Source: a virus (taxonomy: Duplodnaviria; Caudoviricetes). From it: a DNA stretch of 44,243 nt. Location: positions 1 through 44,243 of the IMG/VR virus record IMGVR_UViG_3300008255_000196; one strand, given 5' to 3'. Below the pieces are notes generated by a model. That model ran no database searches and was not told the DNA's origin. It saw only the letters and a program-made list of their open reading frames with translations. The translations under genes and the position numbers were made by a program. Below are positions 25,637 to 35,330 of the stretch, piece after piece. The first letter of the stretch is position 1. Every line of letters begins with the position of its first letter.

Positions 25637-26782
25637 TTAAAATAAACTAGCTCGCTTTACTGATTGGTTAAGTTCTAGGAATTTTGCTGGTATGTTGGGA
25701 GCAAAGGCTTGCCACTCATAGACTGCCACAAAACCACCTCCATCATTAGCAATGGCGTTTAGGCGATAGTATCGATAAGCAGTAGTATTATTTACGATAA
25801 ATTCTATCCATTGAGCGTTTGCGTCAGCGATTGTTTGGTTTACTTCTGCCATAAGGTCTGTCCAATTAGAGTCGTTATTTGACCCTTGAAGTGTCCAAGA
25901 CTTAGGCATATATGTAGCTGTAGCCTGATACCAAATACGATATTTACCAAGAACTTGTGCTTTTCCAGACCCAAGGTCATACTTTAGCCACTCATTAGAT
26001 GCTGTACTAGCTCCCCAGTAGTTAGGAGATGTTAATACTCCGTCAAAGGCATTAGATGCTGTATGTGATCCATCTAAGACTGAACTTGCTGAGGCAGTTC
26101 CTCCTGTCAAGAAGTTTGCTCCATAATCGTCTGAAGTGTACGGAGAGGCCGGTGGGGTAAAGTTGGCAGTCCAATACGCTTCACCTTTTTGTATACGGAA
26201 TTCATCTATCCAGCCATTGAAAGGTGTTGAGGCGGCTAAATAGTCACCAATTAAAAAAGCCGTAGTTCCACCAATATTATCACTAGACGTCTGAGTTGTT
26301 CCTATCTGTACCCCATCTATAAACATTCTAAGATCTGTTCCGTTTCTCGTTATCGCAATATGGTACCAAGTGTTGATAGAAGCAGACCAGGAAAAATCAT
26401 AAAGGTTCCCAGCTAACCAAAATCTAATTCTTGGAGAACCGCTATTATTTTGATATTGAATTAAAAAACCAGAAGTGTGGTCTGTTCCCGAAACTTCATA
26501 GTAATTAGTACCAGTAGGTAGAGTATTGATGCGAGCTTGAAAATCTATAGTAAAATTCCCAGTACCAAAATCAAAATCTGCGTGATGGGGCGTGCTCACA
26601 TAGTCACCCGTTCCATCAAGCAATAAAGAGTCTCCGTTAAATTTTCCCTGTGCCGTATCTATTTGAGCATTTCCATTAAATGTAAAAGATTTTTTTCCAA
26701 CCGAATAATCTGTTACAGCCGCAACAGCATCCTTACCAGTCATGTGAAGCATGAGCTTCGTAAATCTGTTTATTCCTGGCAT
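25637..26782 (-). CDS. LamG/ConA-like plus F5/8 type C (discoidin) domain protein, candidate adhesin
   Basis: LLLDGTGDY, WYHIAITR, MFIDG, FNGWIDEFRI; then ASASS..ASNAFDG..W...EWLKYDLG...PKSWTLQGSN...YRYYRL. Confidence 0.85.
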   Translation of the reverse strand: MPGINRFTKLMLHMTGKDAVAAVTDYSVGKKSFTFNGNAQIDTAQGKFNGDSLLLDGTGDYVSTPHHADFDFGTGNFTIDFQARINTLPTGTNYYEVSGTDHTSGFLIQYQNNSGSPRIRFWLAGNLYDFSWSASINTWYHIAITRNGTDLRMFIDGVQIGTTQTSSDNIGGTTAFLIGDYLAASTPFNGWIDEFRIQKGEAYWTANFTPPASPYTSDDYGANFLTGGTASASSVLDGSHTASNAFDGVLTSPNYWGASTASNEWLKYDLGSGKAQVLGKYRIWYQATATYMPKSWTLQGSNNDSNWTDLMAEVNQTIADANAQWIEFIVNNTTAYRYYRLNAIANDGGGFVAVYEWQAFAPNIPAKFLELNQSVKRASLF

Positions 26783-26821
26783 AAATCCATTTTACACCCT
26801 CATCACAATTCACTACCAGAA

Positions 26822-27310
26822 TTAAATCTCAAAGAGAACGTAGGCGTAGGCGTTGACTGCGGCGGCGGCAGTAACTCTAACCCTCAAGAAATAGGCAATA
26901 TTCAATAAAGGCTCCAGACCGAGGGGAAATTGCTTCACATATTGATTGGTGGGAGCGACCAATTGAACATCAAACATTCTGGTATTGACGATAGTTCCCT
27001 CATCGGAGGCAGTATAACCGGTACCGGTAGTACTAAGAGTTAGGCTGGGATTGGGAGAATAATAATTATCAAACTTGATGATATCTTTTTGAACTGCCGC
27101 CGTCACTGTAGCCGCACCATCAGTCTCCAAAAGCTCAACCTTGATGGGAGTAGCCGCTGACGAACCGTCAAACGAAACACCCCATTCCTTAACCCGAAGT
27201 GAAACTCCATTACCTTTAATCTGAAGAAGCGTTTTAATAGCTGTTCCAGTCGTCACTACAGCCTGAGCGGCGCTGGTTGGCATGGGTCCGTTAGCGAAGA
27301 GATATAACAT
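26822..27310 (-). CDS. Beta-rich virion structural protein
   Basis: 162 aa A/T/V-rich, ends FLRVRVTAAAAVNAYAYVLFEI; in structural region. Confidence 0.6.
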   Translation of the reverse strand: MLYLFANGPMPTSAAQAVVTTGTAIKTLLQIKGNGVSLRVKEWGVSFDGSSAATPIKVELLETDGAATVTAAVQKDIIKFDNYYSPNPSLTLSTTGTGYTASDEGTIVNTRMFDVQLVAPTNQYVKQFPLGLEPLLNIAYFLRVRVTAAAAVNAYAYVLFEI

Positions 27311-27339
27311 TTGATTTTATTATATCACACCCTTTTAAA

Positions 27340-28071
27340 CTACTTTGCAAGGTACTTCCCCGGCGGTACATCAGCCTCAATTTCTTCCATAAGTCTCAAA
27401 TAAATAGCAATCCCCTTATCGATTCCACCCATTTGATCCCACTGATCAAAACTAGTACGTTGACCAATATGCCGAATCCCCACACACAACTCCTTAAAAT
27501 CCCAGCCATAGTGTTTCAACCTAGCCGAAAACTCTATATCATCCCCATAGGCCATAGAAAAGTCCGGATGGAAAAAACCCCACTTTTCCATAAAAGAACG
27601 GTCAATCACCAAACACCACCCTTCCAAATAAGGAACAAGTTGCCCTTTGTAAATAGAAGACGGCTGACCGGAAACCAAACGTGGGCCAACAGCCGTCTTA
27701 GGATTTTCCTTGGCAAAATCAATCAAACGACGAAGCCACATAGGGTCATCTATAAGAACATCGTTGTTGAGAGCACAAATATACGGCGCTTCGGCAAGGG
27801 TGAAACCAACATTGTTGCCACCGGAAAAGCCTTGATTTTTATCCAATCGATGAATCTTGATCTTGGGGAAAATGTTACCTGGATAAAAATAACGAAATTT
27901 GTTATCCTCTAAAAAACGAGTTAAGTATTCAAAAGTGCCATCATGACTGCCATTGTCAATGAAGATCAACTCGTAGTGAATATCTCTAGTTTTGAAAATC
28001 TCGTCGAGAAATGGCTTTGTGACGTCTTCTAGATGATTCCAACAGCAGACAATAATGCTAACTTCTAGCAT
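27340..28071 (-). CDS. Glycosyltransferase family 2
   Basis: VSIIVCCWN, IFIDNGSHDGT, NQGFSGGNNVG, LNNDV, YGDDIEFS. Confidence 0.92.
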   Translation of the reverse strand: MLEVSIIVCCWNHLEDVTKPFLDEIFKTRDIHYELIFIDNGSHDGTFEYLTRFLEDNKFRYFYPGNIFPKIKIHRLDKNQGFSGGNNVGFTLAEAPYICALNNDVLIDDPMWLRRLIDFAKENPKTAVGPRLVSGQPSSIYKGQLVPYLEGWCLVIDRSFMEKWGFFHPDFSMAYGDDIEFSARLKHYGWDFKELCVGIRHIGQRTSFDQWDQMGGIDKGIAIYLRLMEEIEADVPPGKYLAK

Positions 28072-28498
28072 TGAATTTAATTTGAGTCGAGCTTATTCCC
28101 CACGTGTGGGGAACAAACACTAATGAAATGTAGTTTTCATCGAGAAAGGCCTGGGTGATCCCAAGTTGCTTTAGATAATCCTTTTTTCCCGGGCCCCAAG
28201 GCGACCAATCAGAGCTAATCACACACAAATCGGGTCCTACCGCCTTGATGATATTTTTCGCCGAGCCTCTGGGTTGACCATTGGGAACGATCCTGTCTAC
28301 CCAAGGAAGCAAAACTAAATTTTTCTCTCGTTCCTCATACCTCATTACCGGCAACTTGTGACGATAGCGGAGGATAAAACCATCCGTGTTTAGTCCAACC
28401 ACCACTTCCCCATCTCCGGCCAATTCCCGGCACATTTTCAAAATCTTGAAATGACCGTAGTGAATGATATCAAACGTTCCCATTGTTAAAACTCTCAT
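28058..28498 (-). CDS. Cytidylyltransferase (TagD/RfaE-like, HIGH family)
   Basis: TMGTFDIIHYGH, VVGLNTD, ER, ISST. Confidence 0.9.
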   Translation of the reverse strand: MRVLTMGTFDIIHYGHFKILKMCRELAGDGEVVVGLNTDGFILRYRHKLPVMRYEEREKNLVLLPWVDRIVPNGQPRGSAKNIIKAVGPDLCVISSDWSPWGPGKKDYLKQLGITQAFLDENYISLVFVPHTWGISSTQIKFNARS

Positions 28499-29283
28499 GA
28501 CAACAACTCCTCTCTGACAAAATACTCATCACAACCGATCATCGGCTTGATAATATCGGGAATTAATTCCGGATAGGGTGTTGTTTTGATCTTCTCAAAA
28601 TCATCCAAGGGACGAGAACCCTCTAATCCCTGCCTGGCCCATTCCGCCGAAACGGCATATTCTTTTAGTTCAGGATAAAGATGGCTGTGATTGATGAGTT
28701 TACGCCAAACCGAACGAACACCCACTGATCCGACATGACAGATAGGGACCAGCAATGTCGCCAAATGAGTAGGTAAAATAGGACCACATAAGGTCCAACC
28801 GTCTCCTTCACTCCGAAGATCAGGGGAATTTTTAACCAATCGGATGGCGGATGAATAGATGTCTTTGGTGATAATCTTCTGAAAATTGTAATAAATATGA
28901 TTAAAGGGGAAAGAAAACGACTTAATTTTAGGATAAGAATCAATCAAACTACGAAGCTCCACAATACTCCTGTTATGCCACAGTTCGTCGGCTTGGACTA
29001 ATAGGACATAATCTCCCCGACAAAACCTAAGAGCCTGATTCTGGGCCATCCCAATGGCTACTCCCATCACCTTTACCAGAGGCCAAAAGATATACTCGAT
29101 CCGAAGATTGCTATACTTCTCAGCTAGCCGGCGCAAGACATCCATTGTCCCATCAATACTACCGGCCTCGACCACTACAAATTCATCTACATGAGGAATA
29201 ACTTGGGTTATTGCCTCGACGAAAGGATAACCCAAATCGATCCCATTATGAACAACCTGAACGGCGCTAATCTTTTTTCTCAT
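28495..29283 (-). CDS. Glycosyltransferase (GT-A fold, family 2-like)
   Basis: YPFVEAI, VVEAGSIDGT, QADE; likely start MRKKISAV at 29283. Confidence 0.85.
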   Translation of the reverse strand: MRKKISAVQVVHNGIDLGYPFVEAITQVIPHVDEFVVVEAGSIDGTMDVLRRLAEKYSNLRIEYIFWPLVKVMGVAIGMAQNQALRFCRGDYVLLVQADELWHNRSIVELRSLIDSYPKIKSFSFPFNHIYYNFQKIITKDIYSSAIRLVKNSPDLRSEGDGWTLCGPILPTHLATLLVPICHVGSVGVRSVWRKLINHSHLYPELKEYAVSAEWARQGLEGSRPLDDFEKIKTTPYPELIPDIIKPMIGCDEYFVREELLS

Positions 29284-30937
29284 AGTCTTTTGTTTTTTCA
29301 ATGAACAGTTGAATCTCCTGGTACAACAACTTAAAACACCCATCATACTTCACCATAAATTCATTAAGAGCAAAGTGAGGAATTTGATCGGGAGGAAAAT
29401 CTCGATGCCAGTCATAATCGTCAAAGAATAACAAACCTCCAATCTTAAGTAAATTAAAAGAGAGTTCCGCATCAACCGTCACATCCTTGGCCAAGTGAGA
29501 ACCATCAACATAAATCCAATCAAAGGAGTTACGGGGAAGATTTTTTAGTTCTTCTTTACTATCCCCCACAATGGTTGTCAACTTATCTACAAAAGGACAC
29601 TTGGCAATATTGTCAAAATACCGCTTCTTAACAGAAACAAAGTCAACATCCTTCATGACATCTTCTCCATAGAAACGATCGATGTTAGTCAATCGCGAAT
29701 CCGGATGAGTAAGGATGTTTTCCAGAAACCACAAGGTACTTCCCCCCTCGTAGCAACCAACCTGAAGAGCATTGGTGGCCACTCCGACAAACCGTTTCAA
29801 AAAAGCCTGACCGGAAAGATAGGGACCGGTGTCGACGTAATCCATTCTACAGGCAAAATCACAATTTGAAATCCAGTTTTTGTCAATCTCTTTTAAAGCA
29901 ATCAACATCTTGGTCGCGGCATGATCCCAAGTCCAGGCTGTTCTCATCCATTCCGCCGCCAACTTACCCTTAGCCGCCGCCTCTTCCCGATTCTCGTAAA
30001 TATAACGCATCCAATACATAATTTCTCTCACATCCAACCTGGCCATATAGCCAGGATCCTCGCCTTTAATTTCAACCGGATAATCAATAGCGATTGGATC
30101 AATTGAATAGTTGTAGTGATCGTTGCAATATTCCGCCGAACCTAACCATTTGGTCAGTATCACGGGCAAACCGGTCGCCATTGCCTCCAAAGGTGGTAAT
30201 CCAAAACCCTCTCCCCTGGTGGTGAATACCAGACAATCTGATATTTCATACAGTCGTTGTAGTTGCTCGGTGGAAAGAAAGTGATTAATCACTTTAATTC
30301 TAGGATCAATAGGCATTTTGTAGCCAAAAAGAGGATTAGAATTCTTAAGCAAAAGTCTCACCGGTTCACGCGAACCAAACTCGGAAGTAAAAGCCCTGAC
30401 AATATCCATCCAATTTTTTCGTTCATCCAAATAACCGAGTAACAAAAAGGTAAAAACATCCCTCTGTGGTCTTTCAAAATAATAATGGTCATCGGGATTA
30501 TATCCCTCATGAATGACAAAAGCCGGAGTATTGATACCAGCGTTCCTGAATACATCAAGAGCTCCCTGAGAGGGAACAAATAAGAAGTCCAATTGTTTAA
30601 ATTGTTCTCTCCAAACGGAACTGACTTTGTTGTATTCCGTCATGGTATATCCAACCGTACACCTAAAGGTATTGTGAATAAATTCAGCCGGGGTAGTTTG
30701 GATGACTCCAATCTTTTCTCTAACAAAAGGCTTATTCAAAACCGCTTTTTGAGCCGGGGTAAGATTGACCATGCCATCTTCATTAATTCCCCTGTCCCAC
30801 TCACAACTAACGCCACCGCCGGTAGCCTTATCCAACGCCACCAGCCAGTTGAGATTAGCCTTACCATAACCGGTAAAAGGTAAGGTTTTACCGTTAAAAT
30901 TGAGCCTAAAATTAGGCTCGTTGTTAAAATGGGTCAT
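29267..30937 (-). CDS. GT4 glycosyltransferase fused to class I SAM methyltransferase (Methyltransf_24-like)
   Basis: ERKN, GEGFGLPPLEAMATG; C-terminal QVGCYEGGST, GDSKE, IYVDGSH, FDDY. Confidence 0.9.
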   Translation of the reverse strand: MTHFNNEPNFRLNFNGKTLPFTGYGKANLNWLVALDKATGGGVSCEWDRGINEDGMVNLTPAQKAVLNKPFVREKIGVIQTTPAEFIHNTFRCTVGYTMTEYNKVSSVWREQFKQLDFLFVPSQGALDVFRNAGINTPAFVIHEGYNPDDHYYFERPQRDVFTFLLLGYLDERKNWMDIVRAFTSEFGSREPVRLLLKNSNPLFGYKMPIDPRIKVINHFLSTEQLQRLYEISDCLVFTTRGEGFGLPPLEAMATGLPVILTKWLGSAEYCNDHYNYSIDPIAIDYPVEIKGEDPGYMARLDVREIMYWMRYIYENREEAAAKGKLAAEWMRTAWTWDHAATKMLIALKEIDKNWISNCDFACRMDYVDTGPYLSGQAFLKRFVGVATNALQVGCYEGGSTLWFLENILTHPDSRLTNIDRFYGEDVMKDVDFVSVKKRYFDNIAKCPFVDKLTTIVGDSKEELKNLPRNSFDWIYVDGSHLAKDVTVDAELSFNLLKIGGLLFFDDYDWHRDFPPDQIPHFALNEFMVKYDGCFKLLYQEIQLFIEKTKDYEKKD

Positions 30938-31106
30938 AGTCTAACTCCTGGTAATTTAAGAAGCCTCTGGCTTTGGCTATCTGTTTAAGAAAGAAAAAAT
31001 TAGTCTCACTCTCCGGGACCAATACCTGAGCCTCTCGAACAATAAAAATAAAAGACTTGACACATTTCTCCAAGGGAAGCACTTTCTTACGGGATTTTTT
31101 CCTCAT
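30924..31106 (-). CDS. Small hypothetical protein
   Basis: CATAAT-5 nt-ATG; overlaps the GT4 start. Confidence 0.5.
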   Translation of the reverse strand: MRKKSRKKVLPLEKCVKSFIFIVREAQVLVPESETNFFFLKQIAKARGFLNYQELDYDPF

Positions 31107-31137
31107 ACCTCATTATGGCCATACACTAGAAAGAAAG

Positions 31138-31785
31138 TCAACTCTCAATCGTAAAGTAATTAACCAGAACCCTAACTGAGCCACCTGTCGGTTCTTCACA
31201 AGTAATACGAAGATCTTCCCCATCACCTCCAACTCCCACAATAGCCCCAGAACCACCCTCTATCACCCCCGAGCCGGAAGCTACCCCTGGATGAGTAAGG
31301 ATAACCCCTGTAGTTGTCGGAGTGGAAACTGATCCAAATCCAACTCTTACCCCCACATCTACAATTCCCATAGCATTATCGCAGTAAAAACCTACCTTGG
31401 TAACAACAATCTTGAGGCCCGAATGCGCAGTTAAAATTATTGTATCAGTTTGAGCGGCGGTATAAGCCGCTTCAATAGAAATCTCATTAGGATGACCACC
31501 TATTACAAAGACAATTCCGTGACGATTGGCATATAAGTCAGTTCTGTCCCCGGCCGCTACGGCTGTGGGATTAACTCCATGAGCGACTGCTTTAGCCCCC
31601 ATTTTAACCGGATTACCACTATCGACCGCATCATGAGCCACATCCCCAGCCGATACTGCATTAGAATCAACCAAAAGTCTCTTAGTTGTGGGGTTAGCCC
31701 TAATAACTACTGGAGTAGAGTCATCACTTGAAGAAACGCCTAATAGGGTGGGGATTCGGTTCTCGTCTCGTTTAGCTTCTGGCAT
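31138..31785 (-). CDS. Virion structural/fibre protein
   Basis: Start MPEAKRDENR at 31785, 6 nt after TATAAT; A/G/T/V-rich. Confidence 0.65.
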   Translation of the reverse strand: MPEAKRDENRIPTLLGVSSSDDSTPVVIRANPTTKRLLVDSNAVSAGDVAHDAVDSGNPVKMGAKAVAHGVNPTAVAAGDRTDLYANRHGIVFVIGGHPNEISIEAAYTAAQTDTIILTAHSGLKIVVTKVGFYCDNAMGIVDVGVRVGFGSVSTPTTTGVILTHPGVASGSGVIEGGSGAIVGVGGDGEDLRITCEEPTGGSVRVLVNYFTIES

Positions 31786-31792
31786 AATCAAA

Positions 31793-32674
31793 TTATATCA
31801 CTCTAAATTCTCTCTCGGTACGGGCCACCATTGCCTCCCTATCCCTCAATTCTATTTCTCGCTGATCCAGTAGGTCTCTTTGTTTACTCAAGGTAATCTG
31901 CAAAGCCTCCAGGTCGAGCTCTTTCTTTTTAAGAAGAGTGGTCTTTTTGGTGATTTCGGCATTTGTCTTAGAAAGCGCCAGAGAAAAATCCTTTTCCTCT
32001 CTTTCTATCTTTTGTCTAATTAAAATTGCCTGTTGATGTTCTCTATCCGTCAAAATCTCCTTGTCGGCCAATTCCTTGCCGGTTTCTTCCAGTCTAGCCT
32101 CCAAATCATGTAGCCTGATGGCCTGATCATCCACAGAAGCCTTTTTAGAGGCATTCTGACGGCTCTCAGCCTCGAGATTTTCCTGAAAATCGACAAAATA
32201 GGCATAAGCATCGTCCCAAAATTCCTCAACTCTCATCAATTCAATATTCCTATTAGTCAACTGAACATTGTAATCACTAAAGGTACCACCAATGGCCCGA
32301 GAAATAGAATTAAGAATACTCATCCGATCATCGCCAAACTCATTAAGAGAAGAAAGCCGGCTCTCCTCTACCAACTTTAACTGCTCCAATAACTTGGAGT
32401 ATTTAGAAAGCTCTTTAATCAGGGTACCTTTTTGACGACGTAGAACATTTATCTCGCTCTCTTCTTGTAATCTCTCCTGGTGATACTTTTTAGATACAAT
32501 GTCCAAATCCTCACCATACTTGTCAATTTCCATCACCAACGAATCTCTCTGACGTTTAAAAATCTCCAACCGGTTCTCTTCGGGTAATACCACCTCTCCC
32601 CTATTTCCTCCCTCTATATCCGGATCCCTTTCAAATCGACCAACCTTCTTCAGGCTGGACATGGGCATATCCAT
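31793..32674 (-). CDS. Long coiled-coil protein
   Basis: 293 aa E/K/R/L heptad-rich. Confidence 0.7.
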   Translation of the reverse strand: MDMPMSSLKKVGRFERDPDIEGGNRGEVVLPEENRLEIFKRQRDSLVMEIDKYGEDLDIVSKKYHQERLQEESEINVLRRQKGTLIKELSKYSKLLEQLKLVEESRLSSLNEFGDDRMSILNSISRAIGGTFSDYNVQLTNRNIELMRVEEFWDDAYAYFVDFQENLEAESRQNASKKASVDDQAIRLHDLEARLEETGKELADKEILTDREHQQAILIRQKIEREEKDFSLALSKTNAEITKKTTLLKKKELDLEALQITLSKQRDLLDQREIELRDREAMVARTEREFRVI

Positions 32675-32675
32675 G

Positions 32676-32939
32676 TTATTTCGGCTTCTTTGATATATTA
32701 AAAGTAGACTCGGTATAGGTGTCTTTCTTGATCATGACAATAGGAATGCCGGAATACTTAGTATTGAGCGTCTCAATATTTCTCATAAAAGAAACAAATT
32801 CTTGAAATGTGTCCAGATCCAAAGGTTGAGAGGTACCGGTAATCATATAAATTCCCCTGCCTTTGGTATCAAAGCCAAAATCGGCCGTAATGAATTTACC
32901 GCCATTTCCAAGCCTAAAAATAATTGAATAGGTATACAT
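32676..32939 (-). CDS. Hypothetical protein (~87 aa)
   Basis: ATG at 32939 overlaps upstream TAA (TAATG). Confidence 0.55.
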   Translation of the reverse strand: MYTYSIIFRLGNGGKFITADFGFDTKGRGIYMITGTSQPLDLDTFQEFVSFMRNIETLNTKYSGIPIVMIKKDTYTESTFNISKKPK

Positions 32940-33409
32940 TAGGCTGGGGTGGTAACTGTTATAAGACCATCCGCCGAAAGCGGTCTCCAAAGACAGTAAA
33001 AATCAATCACCCCGGCCGTGAGAGTAGCACTGGTAATCTTCAAAAGAATATCCAAGCCATCGTTAATCACCTGCATAGCCGGAACGGCTCCTGCACCCAC
33101 CCTGGTGTCCGTAGCATCCACATAAATATCACCATCAGCATAGTTCTTGGCCGTACCCTGAGCAATTAAAACAGCCGTATTCCCGGTAACTCCAACCTCA
33201 ATGGTTGGTGCGCCGGCTGAATCGATAGAGGTATCCACTATACCAAATACACTTACAAGGACATTTCCGGTAACCGTAAAAAGAGTATGAGAACCAACGG
33301 CTCCGGTAGTAGCCGCCGCAAATGTCCATGTAGACTCTAGTTTAAAAGCTTCGTTGGAAGAAATAATCTGGCGATTGGCGTCCCGATCTATGGATGCATC
33401 AGTAGTCAT
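32939..33409 (-). CDS. Beta-sandwich capsid decoration-like protein
   Basis: 156 aa A/T/G-rich; TATACT-6 nt-ATG. Confidence 0.6.
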   Translation of the reverse strand: MTTDASIDRDANRQIISSNEAFKLESTWTFAAATTGAVGSHTLFTVTGNVLVSVFGIVDTSIDSAGAPTIEVGVTGNTAVLIAQGTAKNYADGDIYVDATDTRVGAGAVPAMQVINDGLDILLKITSATLTAGVIDFYCLWRPLSADGLITVTTPA

Positions 33410-33442
33410 ATATTAAGTATACCACCAACCAGTTTAAGAAAA

Positions 33443-34420
33443 TTAGGTTACCGTCGGATTAAGTGGCAGTCCTAAGACGTTAGCCGTCTCGGTAAATCTC
33501 TGCATATAGATTCTGCCGGTGGCCGTAGCTTCCCAATCAGTAATTCCACCCATCAAGCTGGTTACCCCCGGACATAAGACATGACCCGTAGCTGTCTGAG
33601 CAGAAAGATCCATACAGGCCGTCATAGCAGTGGCATTGTTAGCTGAGAATGAATAGAAACTGGTATTCTTGAACTCGACCCAACGATCAATCGCCGATGT
33701 TCCTGTAAACAAGACATGAACCGGAGTGGCGGCATCAATGGCGGCAATAAAACGACACTCTTCAAATACGTTTCTCGAAGCGGCACTAGCAAATTCCAGA
33801 GTAGCATTGGCGTCTGACCTCATGATGGTGTCCTGACCCAAGGTACAACCTCCAAAATAGTTCTCCTGAGCTCCATTGAGATATAGACATCGCATAGTAG
33901 TATCGTCGCCTGTGGTGGCATTGAGAGAACCTTTGAAATCAACCCCGAGGAAAGAATTATAATCACCAGAAATAGTTACCGGAACATTGATATCCACAGT
34001 ACCGGTAAGGGTTATATTCTTAAAAAGACAACCATTCTCGGAAATCGTAAGTGATCCACCCGTACCAAAGTTGATACCGGCCCGAGCATCTTGAGCCGTA
34101 GGAGCCACTGAACCGACTAAGTGGGTAAATCGTTTGGCCCAAGAAATAGCCGAAACCTCTGTCGTTCTTCCTGTTCCCCCTGTGGGAACCATCAAGACGA
34201 CATCGTTCTGGCCACTGACACATTTATCATAAGCGGCCGCGACCGTCTTTAAAGCATTATTTTGAGTGGTCCCTGAATTAGCACTATCACTACCACTATT
34301 AGAATCAACAAAGTAGATATTTCCTACATAAGGCAAACCAATTACGCCGGCAATTTCATTAGCACCAACTCGAATATCTCCACCTCTGATACCTGGTAAT
34401 ATGTCTCCTAATGTTCTCAT
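33443..34420 (-). CDS. Right-handed beta-helix (pectin-lyase-like) virion protein
   Basis: IYFVDSNSGSD...ALKTVAAA...DVVL start and repeated xFxNC/xFxGC rungs. Confidence 0.7.
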   Translation of the reverse strand: MRTLGDILPGIRGGDIRVGANEIAGVIGLPYVGNIYFVDSNSGSDSANSGTTQNNALKTVAAAYDKCVSGQNDVVLMVPTGGTGRTTEVSAISWAKRFTHLVGSVAPTAQDARAGINFGTGGSLTISENGCLFKNITLTGTVDINVPVTISGDYNSFLGVDFKGSLNATTGDDTTMRCLYLNGAQENYFGGCTLGQDTIMRSDANATLEFASAASRNVFEECRFIAAIDAATPVHVLFTGTSAIDRWVEFKNTSFYSFSANNATAMTACMDLSAQTATGHVLCPGVTSLMGGITDWEATATGRIYMQRFTETANVLGLPLNPTVT

Positions 34421-34421
34421 G

Positions 34422-34568
34422 TTATTTTACTTTCTTAATTGCTAATAGACCTACTCGACCCGAACCTTTACAAATAGGACAAGCTTTTTCACTCTCTACA
34501 GCCATTCCAGATCCAAAACATACCTTACAAATTTTTCTAGGATCTTTAACCTCTGGTTTATTGGCCAT
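34422..34568 (-). CDS. 48-aa DnaJ-type zinc-finger protein
   Basis: CKVCFGSG...CPICKGSG (two CxxCxGxG). Confidence 0.6.
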   Translation of the reverse strand: MANKPEVKDPRKICKVCFGSGMAVESEKACPICKGSGRVGLLAIKKVK

Positions 34569-34599
34569 TTTTAGTTTAACTACGATATTATTAATGATG

Positions 34600-35304
34600 T
34601 TAATCAAGGTTTAGGTAGATAGCGTGATATTTACCTGAAGCTGTAGCTTGAATAGCATTACCGATTATGTACTGTTGGGTAGCAGTGCCGACCAAATCGA
34701 CATCACCGGCGGTTGAAGCATCCACCATTAGTCCATAACCCGCAGTCACCGTACCGTCAGCCCTGGCTCCGAACACACCTTTGGTCTGTAACCAACCAAA
34801 GTAACCTGAAGTAAAGGCAATCAAAGCTCCACCTGTAGGGACTGTAACCGAACTGGCGGTGGTAACCACATTCTTGAACGGATTGCGTTCCAGATCGATG
34901 GTAGAGGTCGTGTCGAGAGCAACCGGGATAGGATCAATGAGTTTAATAACCGATGAGGTTCCACCTGAAGTAAGAGCGGCATGGCTAGAAATTCTTAAGG
35001 TCTGTCCAATACCGGTTCCTGAAGAAACAATTACATAACCATTGGCGTATTCATTAGCAGAAGCGGTCGTAGCGGCGTGAGTAAAGGTAATCTCTTTGGC
35101 TCCAATAGCGGCGACAGAGGTAACAGCCATATCAATCTCAGCGGTATCAATAGCTGGAGAAACGGTCAACTCGCCGGCTCCAATGGCTTCACCCATCTGG
35201 GCATAGCGAAATATTCTTCCATCGTCACTCTCACCCTTGACACCAAGCTGGTGAAGTTGAACACTACTCTGAGCTAAAATGTCTTGGGAAACTAAGTTTA
35301 TCAT
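34600..35304 (-). CDS. Capsid cement/decoration protein
   Basis: Directly after MCP; LG...DGRIFRYA...YFGWLQTKG pattern. Confidence 0.65.
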   Translation of the reverse strand: MINLVSQDILAQSSVQLHQLGVKGESDDGRIFRYAQMGEAIGAGELTVSPAIDTAEIDMAVTSVAAIGAKEITFTHAATTASANEYANGYVIVSSGTGIGQTLRISSHAALTSGGTSSVIKLIDPIPVALDTTSTIDLERNPFKNVVTTASSVTVPTGGALIAFTSGYFGWLQTKGVFGARADGTVTAGYGLMVDASTAGDVDLVGTATQQYIIGNAIQATASGKYHAIYLNLD

Positions 35305-35330
35305 CTGTTTTTAGTTTTAATTTTTAAATT

